Below, piece by piece: positions 29,251 through 37,926 of a stretch of 64,000 nucleotides of DNA (positions within the stretch are counted from its first letter, which is position 1; each line of letters opens with the position of its first letter). Both the position numbers and the translations under genes were made by a program. The stretch comes from Aridibaculum aurantiacum (GTDB taxonomy: Bacteria; Bacteroidota; Bacteroidia; Chitinophagales; Chitinophagaceae), in NCBI RefSeq assembly GCF_017355875.1, contig NZ_JAFEWC010000004.1, forward strand, positions 12,989-76,988. Reading direction: 5' to 3'. A model generated the notes under the pieces. That model was not told the origin of the DNA, did not search any database, and saw nothing but the letters and a program-made list of their open reading frames with translations.

Positions 29251-30516
29251 CTACAAAATCTTCATTATTGATTTCGCAATTGCATAAGCCATTAATGGCG
29301 GCACTGCGTTTCCTATCTGCTTGAATGCGGCAGTTCTATTAAAAGATAGTTTTCTTTTAATATCACTTGGCTTCACTCCTTCAAAATAATAATCATCCGG
29401 GAACGATTGAAGCCTGGCTGCTTCTCTAACTGTCAATGAACGGATTTGCTTGATATCAGGATGAATATAATAATGACCGTCTTTCGCTATATGGGCAACA
29501 ACTGTCTGTGAATAAGGCAGGTCATCGGCAACTACTTTGAAACGATCAAAAAAAGAAGTCCTATTGTTATGGGTTTTAAGTTCATCAGGTAGATCATTAT
29601 AATTTAATCTCTCCCCGCTCCTTTTCCACTTCTTTATAGCGATACGATATATTTTTTTGTCTTGTTGGTTATGTGGACGGGAGATATGTTGGGTCAGTAC
29701 GTCTATGCCATTTCTGATGCAATTGTTTATTAAATATTGATTTGTATCACCTGCGTAAGCCTGATATTTATCTATTCCAGCTCCTGCCAATAAAACTGGT
29801 AAATCAACTAATACATCAGCTACGGTGGATTTGGTTTGGTGTTTTACTTCTTCGAGATTTGGTATCTCAAGATTTAAATCTTTCTTCCATCCAATAATAA
29901 TTACTCTCCTTCTTCTTTGTAATACACCAAAATTGTTTGCTTCAACAGTAAACAGTTTCATCTTATAACCTCGATCTAAAAACAGCTTCTCCATCTGTTC
30001 AAGATAAAATCCTCTTTTGGCTGACTTCAACCCAAGAACATTTTCAAATACAAACATTTTAGGTTTATAAAAAGCTAGATAGTTGGCGTATTCTACAAAT
30101 AAATAGTTTCGAGGATCACCCTCCATCTTTGTTGCAGATCTGGATCTACCAGCCAGTGAGTAAGCCTGACATGGAGGTCCACCTATAATTAAATCTACTT
30201 TTTGCTTGCCGAGGAGGCTCTTTATTGTTTTATGAATGGTCTCATTATGCTCAGGCCCAACTGGCAGATTAATTATTGAAGACTTTACTTCATCAGGGAT
30301 TTCTTTATACAATTTTTCTCGACTTATCTCTCCCCTTAAATAGGATACATAGATGCTGTACTGATTGTTTGCCTTCAAGTAATGGTAGGCAGTTCTGGTT
30401 CTTAAGGAATAGCAAGCAGCTTTATCCATTTCAACGTGTGCAATAGGGGTAAATCCTGCCCGGATGAAGCCCTCGGATAATCCACCGGCACCTGCAAATA
30501 AGTCTATGAAGTTCAT
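29251..30516 (-). CDS. dcm: DNA (cytosine-5)-methyltransferase
   Basis: 421 aa. Motif I FAGAGG, motif IV GGPPCQAYSLAGR, motif VI FVFENVLGL, motif X QIGNAVPP. Confidence 0.9.
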   Translation of the reverse strand: MNFIDLFAGAGGLSEGFIRAGFTPIAHVEMDKAACYSLRTRTAYHYLKANNQYSIYVSYLRGEISREKLYKEIPDEVKSSIINLPVGPEHNETIHKTIKSLLGKQKVDLIIGGPPCQAYSLAGRSRSATKMEGDPRNYLFVEYANYLAFYKPKMFVFENVLGLKSAKRGFYLEQMEKLFLDRGYKMKLFTVEANNFGVLQRRRRVIIIGWKKDLNLEIPNLEEVKHQTKSTVADVLVDLPVLLAGAGIDKYQAYAGDTNQYLINNCIRNGIDVLTQHISRPHNQQDKKIYRIAIKKWKRSGERLNYNDLPDELKTHNNRTSFFDRFKVVADDLPYSQTVVAHIAKDGHYYIHPDIKQIRSLTVREAARLQSFPDDYYFEGVKPSDIKRKLSFNRTAAFKQIGNAVPPLMAYAIAKSIMKIL

Positions 30517-30941
30517 TTCCTGGAAGATACAATTTTGCCAGGCAATTTAGCAAGAGTTTTTTGAAGTTTCCCTGCTTTTGTCTCACACTCCCAGACTGTG
30601 AGTACTTTCCATCCAGCATCTTGAAGAGCTTTTTTGTTTCTCTTGTCTCTTCTGACGGTATCCGAAAACTTCTTTTTCCAATTTGTACTAGATTCTTGTG
30701 ATGGAGTCGTGCAATACCTGCAGCCTGGATGCCGATGAAAATAACACCCATGTATGTCAACTACCGTTTTATACTTCGGCAAAACAATATCAGGCTTACC
30801 CGGCAGATCCTTGACATGAAGCCGGTAACGGAAGCCGTGCTTGTGCAGAAAGCGACGCACCAGCATCTCGGGCTTTGTATCCTTGCCCCTGATTGCAGCC
30901 ATATTTTTACTGCGTGTTGCTTTATCATGCACATCTGCCAT
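30513..30941 (-). CDS. vsr: Very-short-patch-repair endonuclease
   Basis: Vsr signature MADVHDKATRSKNMAAIRGKDTKPE…VDIHGCYFHRHPGCRY…VWECE. The stop overlaps the dcm start in ATGA. The supplied ORF extends to 31049 (178 aa), but the conserved Vsr N-terminus begins at the Met at 30941. Confidence 0.8.
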   Translation of the reverse strand: MADVHDKATRSKNMAAIRGKDTKPEMLVRRFLHKHGFRYRLHVKDLPGKPDIVLPKYKTVVDIHGCYFHRHPGCRYCTTPSQESSTNWKKKFSDTVRRDKRNKKALQDAGWKVLTVWECETKAGKLQKTLAKLPGKIVSSRK

Positions 30942-31175
30942 ATACCAAAGCTCCAGTTCAATCATCTCGCCAAAGTCTCTGCCAGCACCTTTAACACCGT
31001 ACAAGTTGCGACCCCGCCTTCGCCAATGCTTCGGTCGGGGCAGGCGCAATCGCGGCCAAATAATATTATAGGGCTGGTCCCATAATAATTCCTTCCCAAG
31101 TAAGCGGCGGCGTGGTAACCATGTGATGGATGATTGGTGGCGAGATCCAACACCTATTCACGCAGCACCCACCCA

Positions 31176-31213
31176 TACAAAAAACAAAAGGAGCAGTTGC
31201 CTGCTCCTTTCCT
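31176..31213 (-). terminator. Rho-independent terminator of the flotillin operon
   Basis: GGAGCAG-gcaact-CTGCTCC hairpin followed on the minus strand by TTTTGTTTTTTG, directly 3' of the flotillin stop at 31214. Confidence 0.6.
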
Positions 31214-32788
31214 TTACGATAAAATGGTGGGTGTTTCAATTACCTCTAGTGGTGGATTTGCTTTATCAAGCTTTGCTTTGCCTAAATAATCAGGCAGGTC
31301 CATACCCGCCATTTCGAAGATGTCTTTTAGCGGTGGTACTGATTTGTACAACCCGCTAATGAAGTTGGCGGTAGAACTTTTACCGTCGCCGGCTCCGCCA
31401 TTCTCCCAAACCGTTACCTTGTCTATCTTGATGTTCTTGATAGCCTCGGTCTGCATCTTCACCAACTCAGGAAGTTTGTCGCTTATCAACAGCAGCACGG
31501 CATCTTTTGGATTGTTGCCTGCAGCTTTCACTATGCGATCCAAACCTTCGGCCTGCTTGGTAAGTATCTCGTACATACCACGTGCTTCCGCTTCCAGTTT
31601 TGAGTAGATAGCATCTGCTTCACCTTTTGCTTTTTCGCGGATCTTTTCTGCTTCGGCTTGTGCCTCCAGTATTGCCTTTTGCTTTTCTATTTCAGCACTT
31701 ACTACAATGTTGGCTGTCTGCGATGCTCTTTCTTTTTCGGCACGGGCCTCTTCAGTTTTGCGCTCTGCATTGTAGGCTTCTTCCATGGCCTTGGCTGACT
31801 GCACTTTTTCTGCAGACATGGCACGCTTTAGGGCTTCTGCTTCTCTTTCTCTCCTGTCGGCCTCAGAGTTGGCAATTTGTATCCGCGATACGTTCTCACC
31901 TTCTACCGCTACAGCATTTGCCGATGCAGTTTTGATACGCGTATCTCTTTCAGCTTCTACTTTACCTATCTGCTCGTCGCGCTTGGCTGCGGCCAACAGT
32001 ACTTCCCTGTCTTTTACAGCCATGGCTATACGTGTATCACGATCGCGCTGCGTTTCGGCTATCTGCACATCCCTGTCGCGCTGTGTTTCCTGGATGCTGA
32101 TGTCGCGGCTGCGCTCTGCATTGGCTCTACCTACTTCACCCACCAGGTCTTGTTCTGCTACGCTCTTCTTAGCCTCGTTGATGGCCTTAGCAGCAGCCTC
32201 TTTACCAAGCGCCTCTATATAACCACTTTCATCTTTGATGTCGGTGATGTTTACGTTGATCAGTTTCAAACCGATCTTCTTAAGCTCTGCTTCTACGTTA
32301 CTAGCCACATTGCTCAAAAACTTATCGCGGTTGTTGTTGATCTCTTCAATATCCATCATAGCAACCACCAGGCGCATCTGACCTAAGATGATGTCGTTGG
32401 CCAGGTTATGAATATCCTGCGCTTTCAGGCCCAACAGGCGTTCAGCTGCATTCTCCATTACACCAGGCTCGGTAGAAATACCAACAGTGAATTTAGAAGG
32501 CACATCCACACGAATGTTTTGCTTGCTCAGCGCCTTTGTCAGGTTTACTTCTATACTCATAGGAGTAAGATCGAGGAAGGAATAATCCTGGAACAACGGC
32601 ATGATGAAAGCCGCACCACCATGTATACACTTAGCGGTAAGGTTACCTTCAGTTCCCTTACCTACTTTTCCGAATACCACAAGTATCTTATCGGAAGGAC
32701 AACGTTTGTAGCGCCTGGCAAGCGCCATCACTACAAGAAATAATACAGCAATTACTACTGCAATTAAAATGAGAATTGTTTCTGGCAT
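31214..32788 (-). CDS. Flotillin/SPFH (band 7) family protein, YqiK/FloA-like
   Basis: 524 aa with an N-terminal TM helix and an SPFH domain. A long EA-rich coiled-coil follows (…RDRDVQIAETQRDRDTRIAMAVKDRE…). Confidence 0.8.
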   Translation of the reverse strand: MPETILILIAVVIAVLFLVVMALARRYKRCPSDKILVVFGKVGKGTEGNLTAKCIHGGAAFIMPLFQDYSFLDLTPMSIEVNLTKALSKQNIRVDVPSKFTVGISTEPGVMENAAERLLGLKAQDIHNLANDIILGQMRLVVAMMDIEEINNNRDKFLSNVASNVEAELKKIGLKLINVNITDIKDESGYIEALGKEAAAKAINEAKKSVAEQDLVGEVGRANAERSRDISIQETQRDRDVQIAETQRDRDTRIAMAVKDREVLLAAAKRDEQIGKVEAERDTRIKTASANAVAVEGENVSRIQIANSEADRREREAEALKRAMSAEKVQSAKAMEEAYNAERKTEEARAEKERASQTANIVVSAEIEKQKAILEAQAEAEKIREKAKGEADAIYSKLEAEARGMYEILTKQAEGLDRIVKAAGNNPKDAVLLLISDKLPELVKMQTEAIKNIKIDKVTVWENGGAGDGKSSTANFISGLYKSVPPLKDIFEMAGMDLPDYLGKAKLDKANPPLEVIETPTILS

Positions 32789-32801
32789 TGTTTGTTAGTT
32801 T

Positions 32802-33536
32802 TTATTGTAAAGAATTGGTTTTAGAAGTTACTACCAGCACATTGCTGTTCAACTTATTTACTACCTGTACCGTTTTGCCGGTAGCGATATCTGTTTCATC
32901 ATCCGTTACGGCTTCTATTTCTACCAGGCGGCCCTGCACTACTACGTGCACTTTGCCACGTCCACCGCGCTGCGAAGGAATACGCAGGTATACTTCGCCT
33001 ACCTGGTTAATGGCATTCTCCACCTGCAGTGTACCGCTCTGCCTGAGCTTATATACATTCTTAAGAAGCAGGTAAAGAATAGCAACCATAGTAACACCTG
33101 ACAACAGGCCCACTGCTATAGCGGCTATGTCGCTACCACCGGCTTGCTTTGTAGCCAGGCCACTCCAACCGAAAATGGTAAAGAATACTACCAGGTTCCT
33201 GATAGAAAAGAATTGAAATGATACATCACCGCCGTCTATATCACCTCCATCGTAGCCGTCGTCAAAAAAATCGAATGCACCACCCAGTAGTGACAGAATT
33301 GACAGGATAACTAAAATGGTTGAAAACAATAACGCGATGATCCAGAGCATCATTTCCATTGATTGCATTTCAAGCAACCAGGAAATAAAATTTGAAAGCA
33401 TGTTTGTTTGGTTTAGGGTTGTGAAAATATAGGAAAAACTAATCTGCCATGGAGCATTAAAGCCGTTACAAGCAAGAATGTCTTTTACAAAATGAATAAC
33501 CCGCCATGTATAAGCATTCCAAATAAAGAGCAGCAA
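32802..33536 (-). CDS. NfeD-like membrane protein (YqiJ-like) partner of flotillin
   Basis: 244 aa with multi-TM regions. The C-terminal OB-fold-like segment is GKVHVVVQGRLVEIEAVTDDETDIATGKTVQVVNKLNSNVLVVTSK. It lies 13 bp upstream of the flotillin gene. Confidence 0.55.
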   Translation of the reverse strand: MLLFIWNAYTWRVIHFVKDILACNGFNAPWQISFSYIFTTLNQTNMLSNFISWLLEMQSMEMMLWIIALLFSTILVILSILSLLGGAFDFFDDGYDGGDIDGGDVSFQFFSIRNLVVFFTIFGWSGLATKQAGGSDIAAIAVGLLSGVTMVAILYLLLKNVYKLRQSGTLQVENAINQVGEVYLRIPSQRGGRGKVHVVVQGRLVEIEAVTDDETDIATGKTVQVVNKLNSNVLVVTSKTNSLQ

Positions 33537-33902
33537 AAGAGGCTAAAAGAATTTGTCCGGCCACATTTGCTGCTCCTCTAAAAAAACATTTTCTGCTCCG
33601 GCACGACCATTATAAAATAATAAAGGTCCGCCAGTTGGGGACCTTTATTAAGTTGTAAAACTTCTTACTTATTTAATGATGTAGCCAAACCCAATATTAA
33701 ATTGGATTTTTTAGGCTTGGGCTACGCCCAAGACGTTTCGTACATGTTCATTTTCTACAAACGGAGTTGGGCGCTGCCCAATTATTGGTCTCCCTGGTTT
33801 AAAGATCCAGCATCCTGCTTCAACATCCAGCATCGCTTTTTCTAACACCTAACATCTAACGCTTGATGCTCAACATCTTTAATCAAGTAGGAATCCTTTT
33901 GT

Positions 33903-34904
33903 TTATTCCTGGTTTTTCAGAATTCCTTTTTCCATTAAATACTCTGCTATTTGTACAGCATTTGTTGCTGCACCTTTACGCAGGTTATCGCTCACAATCC
34001 ACATGTTTAAGGTATTAGGCTGTGTTTCATCTCTGCGCAATCTTCCTACAAATACTTCATCTTTTTCGTGTGCAGATAAAGGCATTGGATAATGCTGGTC
34101 TGCAGTATTATCTTCTACAATTATTCCCGGCGATGATGCAAGCAATTGCTTTACCTCTTCCAGTTCAAAATCATTTTCAAATTCTACATTCACGCTTTCG
34201 CTATGGCCACCAATGACAGGTATGCGAACGGTAGTAGCGGTAACACGAATTGTATCATCCTGCATGATCTTTTTTGTTTCGTTCACCATTTTCATTTCTT
34301 CTTTGGTATAACCATTATCCATGAAAACATCTATCTGCGGAATTACGTTCAGGTCAATAGGATATTTATAAGCCATTTCTCCTTCTACACCTTTACGCTC
34401 ATTATGTAGCTGCTGTACAGCTTTTACGCCCGTACCGGTTACACTTTGGTAAGTGCTTACTACCACTCTTTTTATTTTGTATTGCTTATGCAGTGGTTGC
34501 AGTGCCACTACCATTTGTATGGTAGAGCAATTAGGATTTGCAATTATTTTATCGTCTTCTGTTAGTACATCAGCATTTACTTCGGGTACCACTAATTTTT
34601 TGGTTGGGTCCATACGCCATGCACTGGAATTATCAATTACAGTTATTCCTGCTTCGGCAAATTTTGGCGCCCACTCAAGTGAGGTACTTCCGCCTGCAGA
34701 AAATAAGGCTACGTCTGGTTTGGCAGCAATAGCATCGGCAGCGGAAACAACCTTGTATTTTTCACCTTTAAATTCTATTTCTATACCCACTGATCTTTCA
34801 GAAGCAACAGGTATTAATTCTGTTACCGGGAAATTTCTTTCTGTAAGTACCTGTAACATTTTGGTACCTACAAGGCCTGTAGCGCCCACTACTGCAACTT
34901 TCAT
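33903..34904 (-). CDS. asd: Aspartate-semialdehyde dehydrogenase
   Basis: 333 aa. Rossmann N-terminus MKVAVVGATGLVGTKMLQVL. The active-site region is ANPNCSTIQMVVAL. Typical Asd length. Confidence 0.9.
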   Translation of the reverse strand: MKVAVVGATGLVGTKMLQVLTERNFPVTELIPVASERSVGIEIEFKGEKYKVVSAADAIAAKPDVALFSAGGSTSLEWAPKFAEAGITVIDNSSAWRMDPTKKLVVPEVNADVLTEDDKIIANPNCSTIQMVVALQPLHKQYKIKRVVVSTYQSVTGTGVKAVQQLHNERKGVEGEMAYKYPIDLNVIPQIDVFMDNGYTKEEMKMVNETKKIMQDDTIRVTATTVRIPVIGGHSESVNVEFENDFELEEVKQLLASSPGIIVEDNTADQHYPMPLSAHEKDEVFVGRLRRDETQPNTLNMWIVSDNLRKGAATNAVQIAEYLMEKGILKNQE

Positions 34905-35174
34905 ATTGTTTTGTTTATTCAGTTATGGTTATAAAAAAAGCCTTCCGTGTTAGGGAAGGCTCAATATTGTATATACATGCAATCACCTTCCTTACCCAGG
35001 AAACTGTTTCTTGCACTTATTGATGATTTGTAACATGGCAACGAAAATAGGCATTTGCTGCATCTGAACAAAAAATATAGATATTGATATCAACAATGTA
35101 TTTTAGGAGTATAATGAACTGCATTGCCTGCAATGGAAATGCAAGTGTATCCTACAGTACATTAATAGTTTACA

Positions 35175-37796
35175 ATGAAAAATGTTTCGACTGCGGCACT
35201 GGTTGCTATTCTTATCCTATTTCATAATTCTTTGAAAGCGCAGTTTACTGACAACTTCAGCGATGGAGATTTTACCAGCAATCCTACCTGGGTGGGCAAT
35301 ACCAACGACTGGATGGTGAATTCTTCCATGCAACTTCAGAGTAACAATACCGTTGCAAACAGTACCTATTACTTAAGCACTGCCAATACATTGGCAACTG
35401 CTGCGCAATGGGATTGGTTCACCAGGATCGAATTCAATCCTTCGGGACCAAACTCTATTGATGTATACCTTACCGCCTCTGCAAGTGATCTTGCCAGCAA
35501 TAGTACCGTAGGTTATTTTGTACGAATAGGAAATACCGATGATGAGATAGCATTGTACAGGAAAGATGCAGGAGGAACGATAACAAAGATCATTGATGGT
35601 GCAAATGGCATATTGAACAGTTCTGCCAGCATGATGAAAATACGGGTGATCAGAACAGCCAATAACCAGTGGAGTTTGCTACGTGATCTTTCCGGTACAG
35701 GTACTACCTATGTTTCAGAAGGAACAGTTACAGATGCTACATATACTACTTCTTCTTTTTTTGGAATACTGGTAAGGCAAAGCACCGCCAGCTTTTTTCA
35801 AAAACATTTTTTTGATGACTTTGAGGTAAAGGCTTACGTGCCTGATGTAACACCGCCGGCTATTGTTTCTGCCACGGCTGTTTCACCCAATACCATTGAT
35901 GTTCTTTTCAATGAACCCGTTGATCTTACCACCTCACAAGTAGCAGCTAATTATTCTGCCAATAATGGTATAGGATCGCCCACAACAGCAGTACGCGATG
36001 CAGCTAATACTTCTTTGGTGCGGCTAACGTTTGCTAACAATTTTCCTTCAGGACCAGTACATACTCTTACAATAAACAATGTGCAGGATCTATCGGGCAA
36101 TGCCATCAGCAACGGCACTGCCAGCTTTAGTTTTTACATACCTAAGCAGTTCGATATAGTGATAGATGAATTGATGCCTGATCCATCGCCTGTTGTATCG
36201 CTACCTAATACGGAGTGGGTAGAACTAAAGAACACCAGCGGAAGAGCCATCAACCTGCAAGGCTGGCGGATAACAACAGCCAGTGCTACAAGTGGCGCTA
36301 TGGCTTCTTATGTATTACCTGCTGATAGTTTTGTTGTCATCACATCGTCCACACAGGTAGCAGCCTTTGCGGCTTATGGAAGAGTTTTGGGAGTTTCATC
36401 ATTTCCTGCATTACCCAACGAGGCTGGAACAGTATCGCTTATATCTCGTGAAGGAGCAACCATACACACCGTTAGTTATTCTGACACATGGTACCAGAAC
36501 GCGGTAAAAAAAGAAGGCGGATGGACGCTGGAAATGATTGACACCCGCAACCCGTGCAATGGCGGAAACAACTGGCGTGCAAGTGTAGACCCAAGAGGCG
36601 GCACACCGGGTGCAAAAAATTCAATTGATGCGGCTAACCCTGATCAAACATCTCCATCGTTAGTGCGTGCTGCAGCCACAGATAATCTTACGGTGGTACT
36701 TACTTTCAGCGAACCTGTAGATAGTGCTCGTGCTGCTACTGCTTCTAATTATACCATAAGCGATGGTGTAGGAACACCTGTTTCTGCATTAACCATTGCG
36801 CCTGCATTCAACCGTGTGCAACTGCGATTGGCAACACCTTTACAAACGGGCAGGGTATATACTATCACCGCTAATAATGTAGCTGATTGTAGCGGCAATA
36901 CCATTTCTTCTTTCAATACAGCAAGAGTTGGACTGCCTAGTCCTATAGACAGCTTTAGCATTGTGATCAACGAGGTGCTGTTCAATCCACCAACAAATGG
37001 CGTGGATTACGTAGAGATATACAACCGCACCAACAATGTGTATGACCTGAAAGACCTTTACATCAACAACCGCGCTGGCTCTACTTTAGCTTTGGGTACA
37101 CCACGACAAGTGTCTACAGATAACCTGCTGCTGTTTCCTGGTGAGTACTTTGTTTTATCGCCAAGTGGCGAAATGGTAAAACAACAATTCAATGCTTTGA
37201 ACCCGCAGAACTTTGTTGACGTTGCTTCTTTTCCAAGCTATCCCAACGACAGGGGTTACGTGGTGCTGATGAATGCACAAGGCATCATAGTAGATGAACT
37301 CGCCTACAGCAATCAATGGCACTACAGGCTGCTGGATAATGAAAAAGGCGTTGCGCTAGAAAGGATCGATTTCAACAGGCCTACGCAGGACCAGAACAAC
37401 TGGCATAGTGCGGCTTCTACCTCGGGTTTTGGAACGCCATCGTACCAGAACTCGCAGTACCGTGCTGATGTAACACTTCAAGGTGAAGTAACAATAACAC
37501 CTAAAACATTTTCACCTGACAATGATGGATACGAAGATTTCACAGTGATCAACTATCGACTTACTGATCCTGGATATGTGGCTAACATCACCATTTTTGA
37601 TGCTGCAGGCAGACCGGTGCGTTTATTGGCAAAAAATGCTACACTGGGATTGAATGGCAGCTTCCGGTGGGATGGATTGAATGATAAGCAGGCACGTGTA
37701 CCAATAGGTGCTTACGTGGTGTATACAGAGGTGTTCAATATAGATGGAAAGAAACGTTCCTTCAAGAACACAGTGGTGGTAGCTGCAAGGTTCTAA
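35175..37796 (+). CDS. Secreted multi-domain protein with lamin-tail domains and a C-terminal T9SS type B (CHU_C/gliding-associated) sorting domain
   Basis: Signal peptide present. Two LTD-like segments: IDELMPDPSPVVSLPNTEWVELKNTSGRAINLQGWRI and INEVLFNPPTNGVDYVEIYNRTNNVYDLKDLYI. The C-terminus FSPDNDGYEDFTVINY…YVVYTEVFNIDGKKRSFKNTVVVAARF is of the T9SS type B CTD kind. Confidence 0.55.
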   Translation: MKNVSTAALVAILILFHNSLKAQFTDNFSDGDFTSNPTWVGNTNDWMVNSSMQLQSNNTVANSTYYLSTANTLATAAQWDWFTRIEFNPSGPNSIDVYLTASASDLASNSTVGYFVRIGNTDDEIALYRKDAGGTITKIIDGANGILNSSASMMKIRVIRTANNQWSLLRDLSGTGTTYVSEGTVTDATYTTSSFFGILVRQSTASFFQKHFFDDFEVKAYVPDVTPPAIVSATAVSPNTIDVLFNEPVDLTTSQVAANYSANNGIGSPTTAVRDAANTSLVRLTFANNFPSGPVHTLTINNVQDLSGNAISNGTASFSFYIPKQFDIVIDELMPDPSPVVSLPNTEWVELKNTSGRAINLQGWRITTASATSGAMASYVLPADSFVVITSSTQVAAFAAYGRVLGVSSFPALPNEAGTVSLISREGATIHTVSYSDTWYQNAVKKEGGWTLEMIDTRNPCNGGNNWRASVDPRGGTPGAKNSIDAANPDQTSPSLVRAAATDNLTVVLTFSEPVDSARAATASNYTISDGVGTPVSALTIAPAFNRVQLRLATPLQTGRVYTITANNVADCSGNTISSFNTARVGLPSPIDSFSIVINEVLFNPPTNGVDYVEIYNRTNNVYDLKDLYINNRAGSTLALGTPRQVSTDNLLLFPGEYFVLSPSGEMVKQQFNALNPQNFVDVASFPSYPNDRGYVVLMNAQGIIVDELAYSNQWHYRLLDNEKGVALERIDFNRPTQDQNNWHSAASTSGFGTPSYQNSQYRADVTLQGEVTITPKTFSPDNDGYEDFTVINYRLTDPGYVANITIFDAAGRPVRLLAKNATLGLNGSFRWDGLNDKQARVPIGAYVVYTEVFNIDGKKRSFKNTVVVAARF

Positions 37797-37926
37797 CGCA
37801 GTAGTTACATCATTGAACTAGACGATCATCCAAAGTTTCACAAAGACAAAACTTGCGAGGAACAACTCGACCATAACTGACCTCTTTATTGTTTTCTTCT
37901 GAGTAGTATTTTTACTGGTAATTCCT

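Noticed and set aside
30942-31049. Longer Vsr ORF with a 36-aa Arg-rich N-terminal extension
   Set aside because: The conserved Vsr family N-terminus aligns with the internal Met at 30941. The extension is probably untranslated leader. The start site is kept as an open question.
16876-31213. Target-site duplication or att sites flanking the defence island (shared TGATTGGTG 9-mer near 16000 and 31130)
   Set aside because: The match is too short and lies within a low-complexity tract. No integrase or transposase is present to support a mobile-element model.
31320-32386. Several + strand ORFs (95-169 aa) inside the flotillin gene, and similar antisense ORFs inside susC, ligA, ppk1, the DrmA-like gene and others
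   Set aside because: They lie entirely antisense to long, motif-rich genes. Low-complexity or Cys/Ser-rich translations are typical of shadow ORFs.
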